Under the pieces are notes generated by a model. That model had not been told where the DNA came from. It saw only the letters and a list, made by a program, of their open reading frames with translations, and searched no databases. DNA of 58,984 nucleotides, filler included, from Bipalium vagum (lineage: Eukaryota), in NCBI GenBank assembly GCA_037834085.1. It is 3 parts of 3 records of this genome, joined end to end, with 100 filler letters (N's around TTAATTAATTAA, not from the genome) between each part and the next. Parts side by side here need not be neighbours in the genome. Positions count along the whole stretch, not along the records: positions 1 to 21,944 come from JBBMKC010228973.1; 2 more parts are not named here. One strand, written 5' to 3'. Of this stretch, positions 1 to 11,309 are shown piece after piece (within the stretch, counting starts at the first letter, position 1; each line of letters begins with the position of its first letter). A program made the position numbers and the translations under genes.

Positions 1-1169
1 CGAATAAATGAAACTAAATTTAATAAATTATATTTGCTTTGACACTTTCAGTGTCAAGCCTAAAAATTTACTTTGAATGAGCATAAACTAGTGACGAATT
101 TGCAGGAACAGTCCGAATGCGATTGGATTGGTATATAGCTTCAAGATTCGAATGTGGTCGATGGGAATCGGGAAAAATAGCAAATGTCTTTGCGGATGTC
201 CTGGCCAACTTTTGATTTGGATGATCCTCACAGGTCCAATGTACGGAGCTGCCGAGCGAATGATTGGAATAATTGGTGATGGCCTATTGTCTGATTGAAA
301 ACGGTGGCTGGGAGATGAGAAGTATAATCGGATTCACGGAAACTCCTCAATTTTTGGTTTGTATTGGGTTCTTTGTGTAGTCGCAGGAATTCGCAGGAAT
401 TCGTAGGAATAGAATTGTCCTTTTGCAATTTCGTAGGAATAGAGTGTCTCCCTTTCGCGCTGTTGACGAATTCTTTTATACTGGAAAATGACTGTAATTA
501 TTGATAATGACGATTGCTTGTTCGTCCGGTTGTCGGAAACTGGATATTGCGATAATTGTCTTGCTCGTGAGAATGTAAGGATAATTGTTTGATAATAGTT
601 TCCTTCTTGGTTGATTAAAATATTTTGATTATTATTTTGTTGTCCTGTTTTTGAAATTTTCGTCTTTATTTATATAAATTTTTATTTTGCCTTTTTATTT
701 TTAGTAACTTTTTTCTTCTTAAATTAGTTTATTATATATTTTTTATTCTATTTTTTAATAAGGTCCATAAAATTATTTCTACAATTTCTATTTTTAGTAA
801 TTTATTATTTCCCAAAAATCTTTTACTCATAAATCCAATAATAATATAATTTTATTTAATTATTATTTAAATTATTAATTATTAACTTTATTTATTATTA
901 TTTAATTATTATTCAACTTTTTCATAATCTTGATCGGTCGGAATTGTTTAACAATCAATAATAATTTCGCAATAAATATATTCAAATACACATGCACCTT
1001 TTCCAATAAATAAATAAATAAAGTTTTAAACACTTGCACACAGAATTTATGGATGATCACAAAATTAACTAAAGTTCTCGAGATTATTGTTTATTGTTTA
1101 TTGGAAGGATCACTTGTTTTTTATGTTGTCGCTGTTGTTGAGGTCGAGATTTTTGTAATTGGTCGTAGT

Positions 1170-1703
1170 CTCCACAATGTTAAAAGCGTCAAAATGGATA
1201 AACACAGATTGACTATTGAATGCTGTTGCAATGTGACTAGTAACGATAAAAGGAAACTTACTGTAATTGATAAATCTAAATCTCCCCGATACTTTCGGGG
1301 TATGAATATATCAAAACTTATTAAGTATCAATAAAATTTTAAGGCTTGGATGACAAATCTGGAATTTAATAATTGGGTTAAAAATTTTAGTAGTGATATG
1401 ATAATTCAAAAGCTTTCTTAACTTTGGATAATGTACCCTGTCATAAGAATTTCATATTATCCAATGTACAGTTGTTATTCCTGACAAAGAATTCAATCAC
1501 AACTTCTTGATGCTGAAATAATTTGAAATGTGACTTCCATTTCTTTTTTCAACTAATAATAACTATTAAATAACTTAAAATTTCATAACAATATTTTAGT
1601 TATTACCTTATACATAATCGACAACCCCGTTGTTAAGGGCACCCATTATAAGGGATATTTTAATGCTGTACGAACCTTTCGCTTATAACGGGGTTTGACT
1701 GTA
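1170..1703 (+). mobile_element. Degenerate pogo/Tigger (CENP-B-like DDE_1) transposon, 3' part with right TIR
   Basis: RLTIECCCNVTSNDKRKLTVIDKSKSPRYFRG, KAWMT and LDNVPCH match Tigger transposase blocks. Ends in CGCTTATAACGGGGTTTGACTG-TA, a pogo-type TIR plus TA. Confidence 0.85.
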
Positions 1704-2093
1704 TATCATTTTTGATTGTTCTTTAACTTATTAAGTTAAACTAAATAACTTTAATTTTTAAATTCAAATTTCAAGCCATAACTTCAATTTTAAATTTAGC
1801 TTTAAAATTGCTTAATGTTATACTTAACAAAAAAAGAATTAAATATAGTTTCATTATTAAACGTTATTCTAAAAAAAACTTGATTTCTGAATAATGAAAC
1901 CTGCTAAGTTATTAAACAATATTCGCTATTAAAATCTCATTAAGAATCAAAATTTTATGACAACAATTTCAGAAAAAAATAGAACTCTTGTTTATATATA
2001 CATCAACGTCAACTTTCGTTTAAATTTTATGTTAATTTAAATGAATTTATAATTAACATTTTCTTATTATTATTATTTCATTTTCTTGTATTG

Positions 2094-2179
2094 ATGCGTT
2101 ACTTTTATTTGGCGATTATTTTTGGATTTATTTCCTGCAGTGTAAATGAGGCAGTCAGTATTGATAAAGAGGCTATGAG
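2094..2179 (+). CDS. EDEM3: EDEM3 exon 1 (signal peptide [20 protein letters not shown]...)
   Basis: ATG at 2094, hydrophobic leader, phase-2 donor GT at 2180, 47-nt intron to tttcag at 2226. Confidence 0.8.
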
Positions 2180-5100
2180 GTCTGTGTAAAATTAAATTTA
2201 AAAATTTAAAAATTTTCCGTTTTCAGACTGAAATCTAAGGAAATGTTCTTACATGCATACAACAGTTATATGGTTAAAATTTAAAAATTTTTATTTCGTT
2301 TGTGTTAGCATTATTATAGAAATATGCTTATCCAGCTGACGAATTGATGCCTCTTAGCTGTAAAGGTCGATATCGTGGGTTGGATCCATCCAGAGGGGAT
2401 ATTGATGATATACTCGGGAATTTTTCTCTTACTCTCATCGATTCTTTAGATACATTATTTGTATCGATATTTTAAAGTTTTAATCAAAATATTTCATTAA
2501 AAATTTTCAGATTATGAACGAATTTGACGAATTTGAAAGAGCAGTCAAATTAGTCATTGAAAACGTTAATTTTGACAGCAATTTTACAGTCTCAGTATTT
2601 GAAGTCAATATTCGAATCGTTGGGTAATTCTTAATATTAACTAAATTCAAGTCATTTTCTGGTTTTAATAAATTAATTAATTTTTAATGACATTTCTCTG
2701 ATCTAAATTAAAATTTTATGGACCGAAAATTTTACCCAAATTATAGGGGGTTCATGAAAATAAAAGTCAATATTTAAGTTTTATTAATAACATTTAGAAG
2801 TGCTCATATTCACAGGTTTCACTGTTTTTATATATTTTAAATTTCCTAAAAAATAATTCAATAATAACAATTATAACATAAATCAATGTAATAGTAGAAA
2901 ATTTTTTGACTTTTAATGAACGTAGGTATCATAATTATATTGTCACAATCTTGTTTGCTATTAAGATCAACAGTCGATTCCGTTAAATAATGGTTTATTT
3001 AATATTCTTTAAAAATTGATTATTTTTTTATTTATTGATTTATTATTATAATATTGTTATAATTATTATTGTTATCAGTAGTAATACTGTTATTATACTT
3101 ACCTAAATCCATTATTGATTTTTAAAAAAAATTATTAATTATTTACCATATTTAGTAATTATCTTGCGAAATAAACATATTTCGTCCTATTCTTGTGAAT
3201 AAGTTTTTTTATGTCAAGACAAAAAAATGAAAATTTAAATTCGAACATTTTTTTCATTGGATTATTTAAAAAACCGATAAATTAATGAAATTGGCAACAA
3301 TTGATTTTTGATTTCTAGTGGTCTGCTCGGAGCCCATGTTGGTGCGGTGGAGCTGAAGAAGATGTCACAGAGCCGCGAAGCAGGAAATGTCAAGCACATG
3401 TTGTGGTACAACGATGAATTGTTGTGGATGGCTTATGAGGTGGGCAAGAAACTGTTGCCAGCCTTCAACACAAACACTGGTATTCCACATCCGCGCATCA
3501 ATCTCCGATACGGCACCGTCAGTGGCGATAATCTCAGCGATGTATGGAGCAACGTTTTTGACTTATTTCTGATGAAAAAAATGATTATTTATCAATTTGT
3601 GATTGTGGAATCTTTTGATTTTTCATTCGTGCGTTCAGGTCTCAACTTGTACTGCTTGTGCCGGAACGATGATTCTGGAGTTCGCCGCTCTCAGTCGTTT
3701 GACAGGCAATCAAATTTTCGAGGAAAAGGCTTCTCGAGTCATGACTTATTTGTGGGAACAGAGAAATCGATTTTCTAATTTAATGGGAACCGTAATCAAT
3801 ATTCATGATGGTAATTGGATGAGGAAAGGTAAGGATTTTACATTCTTCTTTTTCTTTTCTCTGCCTTAAAACGGAATTATTTTAATCTTTTAATCAATAA
3901 TTTTGGAATAATACTCTGAATGTTTGTCTTTTGGGTTTTCCGATTACTATAGTCCCTCAGAAATGTTTTTATTTTAAAAATTGAAAATTTCTTTTAAATA
4001 ATTTTTTTGATTATGGGAGGCATTTTATTTAAAGTTATTTTAATTTCAAATTTGTCCATACGTGAATGAGTTGTTTTAATAAAAAATTTAATTATAGAAA
4101 ATATAAATGTCCACAAAATTTTTTTAAATATTGATTTTCTATTTTGATTATTATTTTATTGTAATAGTAATAATAATTATTATTTCATTTAATTTTTATT
4201 TTAAAAAAATACTTTAATGTAAATATTTTTTTTATTGATTTTTATTTTGAACTATTCTATTTTTATTATTGATTTTTTATTTTACTAAATATTTTCATTA
4301 AGATATTGATTTTTAATAATTATTATTAATATCATTATATTATTCGAGTTTTCTATGTTATCATTCATATTTTTATTGATCTTTGTGTTCATTTTATCGT
4401 TGATTTTTTTATCATAATACGAATAAATTTTAAAATTCTTTTTCAAATAAAACTAATTTATTGATTTTCTTAATAAATAAAAATCTAAAATAAATAAATA
4501 AAAAATCTATATTATTTATATTTGATTAAATTCCTTTTGGATTAATATTTATAGTTTTAATGAAGAAATGACTTCTAAATTGTCTCAAAAAACAAGAATA
4601 TTCATTTATTTTAATGAGGAATGAAATTAAAAACGGATTGATATCAATCTCTAATCACTGGACTCATTTTTCCACTTTTTGAGGAATGTGATAATGATAT
4701 ACCTGCATATGTTTTGGTGAATTCACCATAAAATTTTCATTGTTCTCTGAAGAAAATCAATTATATGAATAAAAAATATTATTCTCAGACATTTTCCTCA
4801 ACAGGTTTTAGACTAACAAAAAGAAGTGTCATAAAATGTGTGAAAATAATAATTTCAATTATTTTTTCAAGTAAACGTAATGTATAAACCAAAAGCTTTC
4901 ACTTGTTGATAAAAAATTTTCCCTTTTTTAAAAGTTAAAAATAAAAATTTTAACAGTCGTTTTTTATCTACTCATGAAAATTATATTCTGAAGCTACAAT
5001 GAATTATTATCGATAATCGATAAATAATCAAATTTTACATTAAAATGAAATAAAAGATAATCAGATTTTTCAAAACAATCAGCTAAATTTTCGGTCAATA

Positions 5101-8100
5101 AAATCGATATAAAAAATTAGATTGTCTTTTTTGTCTCAACAGAAAGCGGAGTCGGAGCTGGCATTGATTCTTATTACGAGTATTTGCTGAAAGCCTACGT
5201 CCTGCTTGGTGACGACACCTACCTTCACCGATTCAACACTCATTATACGGCCATCAATCGTTATGTGAGCACTTCAGAATTGTCTTCCCTTCCATTATTT
5301 ATCGATGTTAAAATGCATCAACCACTCCAACGAACTAAAAATTTCATGGATTCCCTTTTGGCGTTTTGGCCAGGTCTTCAGGTACATAAATAGACATTTT
5401 GATTTTTATCGATTGTTTATTTTCTTATTTAATTAATACGTTATTATTGTGGTGCTTCACGGTTTTTATTATTAACTTTAAATATATTTGTCAATACTTA
5501 ATCAAATCAAAAAAGATACGAGCATCCAAAAATGTTTTTTATTTTGGTATCATAAAATTCCGGATTCTGGAACATGTTCTGATTATCTTTGTATTTTTTG
5601 AAAAGTTTGAAAAAATCTTTCTTTATCATTTATTGGTTGTTAAACAGGAAAATCGATTTTTGATTTAATTTTTATTTTATTGATAATATTAAAATAAATT
5701 ATTTAAATGGGAATTTGAATTTTTTTGTTTAGTTATTAATTTTGATATAATTACGAAATATATAAAATTAATATTTTACTTTTAAAAAATAATTTAAGAA
5801 ATTTACTGATTGCATTATTTTCTATTGAGCAATATTATTATTCAAAGTTCTTATTTGATTTTGAATTTTTTGTTACAAAGGTTCTATTTGGAGACATAAA
5901 GAATGCTGTCGCTTTCCATGAAATATTATCTCAGGTTATGAAACGTCATAGTTTTCTTCCAGAAGCTTTTACAACGGATTTTCACGTTTATTGGGGTCAC
6001 CATTTGTTGAGACCCGAATTTATCGAGTCCAATTATTTTCTCTATCACAGCACCGGAGATCCGTACTATTTGGAGATAGGATCTCAAGTTCTTAACAATC
6101 TGGAATCGTTGGCCAGAGTCAAATGCGGATTTGCAGCTATCCAGGTAATATTGAGATGATTTTAAAAATCGATTATCTAAGATTCTTCAATTCATTAATT
6201 TTTTGTTTTGGTTATAACATGTTGATTAAATTACTTAAAATTTATGTTTGATAACATTAAAAATATTAATTAACAAATAATAATATTTTGAGTATTTAAA
6301 AAATCATGACATGAATTATTTTTTAAAATTAATTAATTAATATTTAAATAGTAATGCATAGTAATATTAATATTGATAATTTTTATTAAATAATGATAAT
6401 GAATATAATAGTAATAATAACATTATTATTATTATTAATTCATTCATTAAATTTAATTATTAATAACTCAATATTTTTATTCAAGAAGAAAATTTTTATT
6501 TGATTTTAAATTTTGATGATTTTTTAATTTAAAAAATTATTATATATTGATTTTCTTAATATTTAGAAATTGAGTATTAATTGATTTTTGATCAAAGTTG
6601 AAAGAATAGATTATGTAAAAATTTAAGAATTTATTGATTTATTTATATTTTTGAAATAAAAATATAGGTAAATGTGAAAATTCTGAAAAAATGTGACAGC
6701 ATTTTAAAAGTAAATAACTTAAAATGTTTTATTCCCAGACTGATTCATACTCTGTCAGAAGATGATCCTGGTAGCAGGATAAACTTTGGTGAATTGTACT
6801 TGGTAAAATATATAACTGGTGTATATCTTCTAAGACAAATTATTTGAACCGGCGAGGTCAGTTTTAAATTAAATTGCTCCGTCAATCGCCGTAATTTTAC
6901 AAATTTGGTTACTCGAAATCCACACCTTACTCATCAACGTAGCGTTTAAAAATTTTCATTGGAATTATAATTTTATTTATTGATTTATTTTGTGTATATT
7001 ACGAGGTGGAGAGAAAACATTTCTAAAAAATTACGTTATTCAATATTTATTTAATCTACACAACATAAATCGATTTATTTTTCGTTTATCTGTCAATAGT
7101 AAAAAATAGAAAACATAGGACAATGTAATATTTCAAATTATCAAAATATTGATTGATTTTTACTGATTTTAGGACGTGAGAACAATGAATCACTCCGATC
7201 AGATGGATTCTTTTGTGCTGGCAGAAACTTTTAAATATCTCTATCTGCTGTTCGCCGAACCGCATCATTTGCCAATAAACCTGGAAAAGTACCTTTTCAC
7301 CACAGAAGGCCATTTGCTTCCTCTCAATTTGGCTTTGGTTTATAGCAACAACGACAATCCAAACCGAAGTCAGAAAGATGTCAAATATCCCCTTCCGCGG
7401 TCAACTTCAACGTCAAAAGTCAGCAAAACTAACCAGCAAAAAAACGAGTCCAAATCAGCCAAAAGTGCAAAAGAAAAATCAAAATTCCACGAAATGAAAC
7501 ATTGTCACAATCACATGGCAAACTCAGGTGAGTTTTTAAAATGGTTTTCATTTCTCTCTCCCTGTGCCCTCCAGGCACAAAATCTTCGTTCTTCTAACCC
7601 ACAACAAAGAAAAGTGTAACTTTCATTTTCTTGCTTCGTTATTTCATTGGTTCGTGATTTGCTTAGCAACTTTAAGCAGACAACGAAACTATGGCAACGC
7701 TTGAACAGGCCACTGACTAACGACAGTCTGACGTACTTTTTGATTCTCGCTGTTCGCTTTTTATTGAAAGACAGTGTAGGACAGTGTAGTTGACACTTTG
7801 TGGAAAGAAATAGAAACTGAACAATCAGATTGTTTCTACTCATAAAAATTCCTTTTATGCTGAAATTATCAAATTATTATTATTGTTTATAATTATTATT
7901 TATTATTGTCTTTAGTAAACTTTTTAAATTATTTAATTATTATCATTATTGTTCACAATTATTTATTTTGTTATTATTATTGATTATTATTGATTTTTAT
8001 TTCATTTATTAATATTTTGTTGATTTTAATATTATCCGTTACTGATCTTTTTTCACATCAGTACTAATAATAATAAGTATTAAAATCATAATCGATAATC

Positions 8101-11100
8101 CCAATAATAATATTATTATTATTATTAATTGATATTAATTAATATCATTTAAGAGTAATAATAAAAAATTGATTTTAAAATCAATAACAACACAGATTCC
8201 AATTCAATAATTCGTTGGGTATTTCTAAATCTTCGCAATACTTCGAAACCAGTCTATAAGTCTCCCGTGCAACATTTGGCAGCTTTAATTAGAGAACCAC
8301 TTCGTGACATTGTTGTTCGAGGCAGTAGTATTCAGTTCCATTCCAATGAGGGTCAAACGAAAATACCTCTGTTGCCGAAGGATTTCCTTCCCAACAATCC
8401 AGTTCACATAAATCTTTTGAAAAAAATGGGCATTCAAGTTCACCAATTGAGTGACGGTCGATTGCAATTGTTCCATCAGCCAAATATGGTATCAGATTTC
8501 GTCTTATTTTTTTTTATTTTTTCCTCTTTCACTTTCAATAGTCGGAATCTGAAATTTGGTCTTCTATTGGAGAAACTTTCATGGCAGAAATGATCAAACT
8601 AACGCAAAATTCTGGTATGTGCTAAATTGAATTTTTAAAAAATATTTCTTTACTATTATAGATTATTTTATTATTTTAAGGATAATAATTATATATTTAT
8701 TACTCTTTTAAATGTTGATATAATTTTGTTGATTAGTTAGTTAATTAAATACTGGGACATTGATTTTTTTCTTAATTAAGAAAAGATGAATCTGAATCTT
8801 TGATCCTCGGTATTTTTAGATTTACTAACAGTTAAAAATATAAATCAATTTTTATACAGAATATGGAAACATGTAAAATAATATATTTATGAACTAGTTG
8901 AAATTGATTTAATAATAAATAATGATTATATAAATATTACTATTATAATCAGAAATTTAGGTCAAATCTTGGAAATTTAAATTAAAAACAAAATCGATAT
9001 AATTCTGTTCTGATGATTATAAAATTACCAAAGAAAATTAAATCAGATAAAAATCGACTGTCGATAGTAATGATTAAAACAGAATTATCGAAATGTCACT
9101 TTTTTAATGAAAAACAAATCATTATTTCTCTTGAAATATAATGATTTTTGTTAAAAAGAAAATTCATGTTTTGTTATTGATAGTTTCTTATTATAATTAA
9201 TCCTTTTAATAAAAATATTCTGATTATTAATTTTGTTCAATTTCATTTATGTAAATAAAAATGTTTACAGCTGAATCTTGATTTTAGAGCAAAATTATGT
9301 ATGGAAACTAGAAATCTGGGACACTCTCGTATTATGGATCACTTTTAAAGTAGTATATGAAGCTTTTTTAAAACAAGCTGACTGAATACGATGTCTTAAT
9401 ATTTACATCTATAACGAAATGGTTCTTTATTCCAAAGTTGCTCCAAAAAGTTTCGTAGCACAAGGGAATCTGTATAATGGAATATAACAATTGAGAGAAC
9501 TATTGACATTAATGGTTTTTAGAAAGTTAGACATATTGGATGCAATAAATTATAATTGTGAGGCATTGAAACTGATTAATTCAAGAACTATCAAAATAAT
9601 CACTAAGGCATATAATTTTGATTGAATAGAAAGTGAAGTAGATACAATGATCTCGACTGAAGAGAAAATTTTAATAAAAGTTAAGGATGACACAATAATG
9701 ACATACTAAATGAACTTATTAAACAAGTCAATTGATTATAGAGAATCATTGAATATACAGTGGTGGCCATTAAATAGTACCCAAATTAAAAATTCAATAC
9801 GTATATCTGTAAATCGACAAAATCGTTTTGTTTTCAATAATTTTTAGATTATGTTTATTTTATTCTTATGGCACGTGGCAAAGACTTAAATTTTTTTTGT
9901 ATCAATTTCTTTTAAAAATAATAATTAATTATATATTTTGTGTGTCGGTATCTTAAATGTTTTATTTTTAATAACCACATATTTATTGATTCTTTCAAAT
10001 TTTTAAAATTATTCCTACACTAAAATCGATTTTTGATAATTTTTAATTTGAATTACTGAGCTCAATATATTGTGGTGATTATTTATTAATATAATCATTA
10101 TTATTAGTTATTAAATCAAGTTCCTTAAAATATTATGTTACATATTTTCATGTTGACTAATCAAAGTCAGACATTTCGTTTTGATTTTTTTTATTGATTG
10201 ATCGAATTATCGGTAACATCGAACAATGATGGTTATAATCGGACCAAATTTATTTAACCGGAGCGATAAAGTTAATTCGTATTTTTTGTTGATTTTTTTA
10301 TTAGTAGTAAATATGAAATATTTTTATAATCTATCTCTTTCACATTTTATTATTATTACTTTTACAATTATTTTTGAACTTTTTAGTAATTAAATAAGTT
10401 GTGTACTCTACTATTTTATAAAAATGTATTGTGTTCAGCTTTAAATATCGAAACGCGATACATTTCCATAGTATTCAACGACAGTTTTGTGAGTAAAATC
10501 ATTAAAGCAGCACCAGCGCAATTTGGAAAATTTTCAAATAACCAGGATCACGGTTTTGGGCATTTTGGAAAGATTGTTATATCTGATCCTTTGAATGCGT
10601 GCTCTGAACTGGTCAATGCTGATGAGGTTGTAAATAAAATTGCTCTGGCCAAACGCGGAGACTGTATGTTCATTGAGAAAGCTCGATTTATGCAAAAGGT
10701 AAAGTTTTCATATTTGGAAGGATTATAGATTTACTAAATTATAATAAATATTATTATTACGCTGTTTTTATTATTTTCATAATAGTAATTTATTTGTTTT
10801 ATTTATATATTCATATAGTTTGATAGAAAAATAATAATAATAAAATAATTTGAAATGTTAATAAAGATTAAACAATTTTTCCCTTGTGTTGCGGTAGGCT
10901 GGAGCATCGGGAGTTATAATCATAGATAACGTTGAAAGTTCCAGTTTTGACAATAGTGCTCTGTTTTCCATGTCCGGGGACGGTGAGAACAATGTTAACA
11001 TTCCAGTTGTTTTTATTTTCCAATCGGAGTCACAAATCATGTTCGATTTGATAACCGATCACGGTATTTCAAACATTTCCGTATTTCTCAGTCAAACCTT

Positions 11101-11309
11101 TCCAGACATAAGTGAGTTTTCCTCCACGACACATACAACTGTTTTTTATGATTAAAATTTATTCCCGACTCTTAAATTCATGACTTTCTATTTCAGACAA
11201 ATTGAACTCCTATCTCAACTCCTTCCAGACACGATCGAAACTGATCAATGACAACGAAACCGAAAAACAGCTCGTGGACAAAACAAAAGTAAACATTACA
11301 TTTCATTGA
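2094..11309 (+). CDS. EDEM3: ER degradation-enhancing alpha-mannosidase-like protein 3 (GH47 + PA domain), complete 14-exon gene: join(2094-2179,2227-2272,2320-2460,2511-2623,3319-3541,3639-3828,5143-5381,5881-6144,7173-7527,8196-8488,8542-8614,10439-10698,10898-11111,11197-11309), 869 aa
   Basis: Manual splicing with GT-AG introns and consistent phases gives 2610 nt with no internal stop. Motifs: hydrophobic N-terminal signal peptide, [107 protein letters not shown] (GH47); then LLKKMGI..DGRLQL and the PA domain ([43 protein letters not shown]), which separates EDEM3 from EDEM1/2. Confidence 0.96.
2227..2272 (+). CDS. EDEM3: EDEM3 exon 2
   Basis: [16 protein letters not shown], the start of GH47; followed by a 47-nt intron. 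Confidence 0.92.
2320..2460 (+). CDS. EDEM3: EDEM3 exon 3
   Basis: [17 protein letters not shown]...[15 protein letters not shown]; donor gtatcg at 2461. Confidence 0.95.
2511..2623 (+). CDS. EDEM3: EDEM3 exon 4
   Basis: [15 protein letters not shown]...[12 protein letters not shown] with the catalytic Glu motif; ttttcag acceptor and gtaatt donor. Confidence 0.95.
3319..3541 (+). CDS. EDEM3: EDEM3 exon 5
   Basis: GLLGAH...WYNDELL...[21 protein letters not shown]; ttctag acceptor and gtatgg donor. Confidence 0.93.
3639..3828 (+). CDS. EDEM3: EDEM3 exon 6
   Basis: [23 protein letters not shown]...GNWMRK; ttcag acceptor and gtaagg donor. Confidence 0.95.
5143..5381 (+). CDS. EDEM3: EDEM3 exon 7
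   Basis: [24 protein letters not shown]...[12 protein letters not shown]. Confidence 0.95.
5881..6144 (+). CDS. EDEM3: EDEM3 exon 8
   Basis: VLFGDIKNA...[10 protein letters not shown]...[13 protein letters not shown]...KCGFAAIQ. Confidence 0.95.
6730..6940 (+). mobile_element. Tc1/mariner (rosa/D,D41D-like) transposase relic in EDEM3 intron 8
   Basis: [18 protein letters not shown] and [20 protein letters not shown] resemble the LxxxDxxxRxxF and DEAxFxLNGxVNRHNxxxWxxENPH motifs. Confidence 0.7.
7173..7527 (+). CDS. EDEM3: EDEM3 exon 9 (end of GH47 plus Lys/Ser-rich linker)
   Basis: [27 protein letters not shown]...[10 protein letters not shown]; strong donor caG/gtgagt at 7528. Confidence 0.93.
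8196..8488 (+). CDS. EDEM3: EDEM3 exon 10 (intermediate domain)
   Basis: Phase-1 acceptor cacag at 8195; IREPLRDIV...[30 protein letters not shown]. The exact 5' boundary is less certain. Confidence 0.82.
8542..8614 (+). CDS. EDEM3: EDEM3 exon 11
   Basis: 53-nt intron, then [24 protein letters not shown], resembling the EDEM3 FMQEMIEL helix; donor gtatgt. Confidence 0.88.
9250..9720 (+). mobile_element. pogo/Tigger transposase relic in EDEM3 intron 11
   Basis: [16 protein letters not shown] (IYNxDETGLYYK-like) and [22 protein letters not shown]. Confidence 0.6.
9756..9900 (+). mobile_element. Tc1-like 5' end (TIR plus transposase start)
   Basis: TA-CAGTGGTGGCCA TIR start, followed by ATG GCA CGT GGC AAA GAC TTA (MARGKDL). 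Confidence 0.55.
10439..10698 (+). CDS. EDEM3: EDEM3 exon 12 (PA domain)
   Basis: AAPAQFG...[38 protein letters not shown]. Confidence 0.94.
10898..11111 (+). CDS. EDEM3: EDEM3 exon 13 (PA domain end)
   Basis: [11 protein letters not shown]...[20 protein letters not shown]; donor gtgagt at 11112. Confidence 0.92.
11197..11309 (+). CDS. EDEM3: EDEM3 terminal exon 14 (...[11 protein letters not shown])
   Basis: 85-nt intron ending in tttcag, phase matches, TGA at 11307-11309 overlapping an AATAAA. No conserved motif to confirm it. Confidence 0.7.

Noticed and set aside
2005-2012. ACGTCA near the EDEM3 start as a UPRE
   Set aside because: Only a partial match (TGACGTTG versus TGACGTGG/A) and a single short word.
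5399-5668. Hydrophobic F/I/L-rich ORFs (also 11594-11812, 20383-20655, 52622-53024)
   Set aside because: Compositional artefacts of T-rich intronic or intergenic DNA, with no motifs.
7086-7843. Antisense ORFs overlapping EDEM3 exons (also 8285-8483, 10858-11040, 11193-11414)
   Set aside because: Shadow frames of real exons.
2094-11309. Non-standard genetic code or stop read-through
   Set aside because: All conserved EDEM3 and WDR86 exons translate cleanly with the standard code; in-frame stops occur only in TE relics and unassigned frames.
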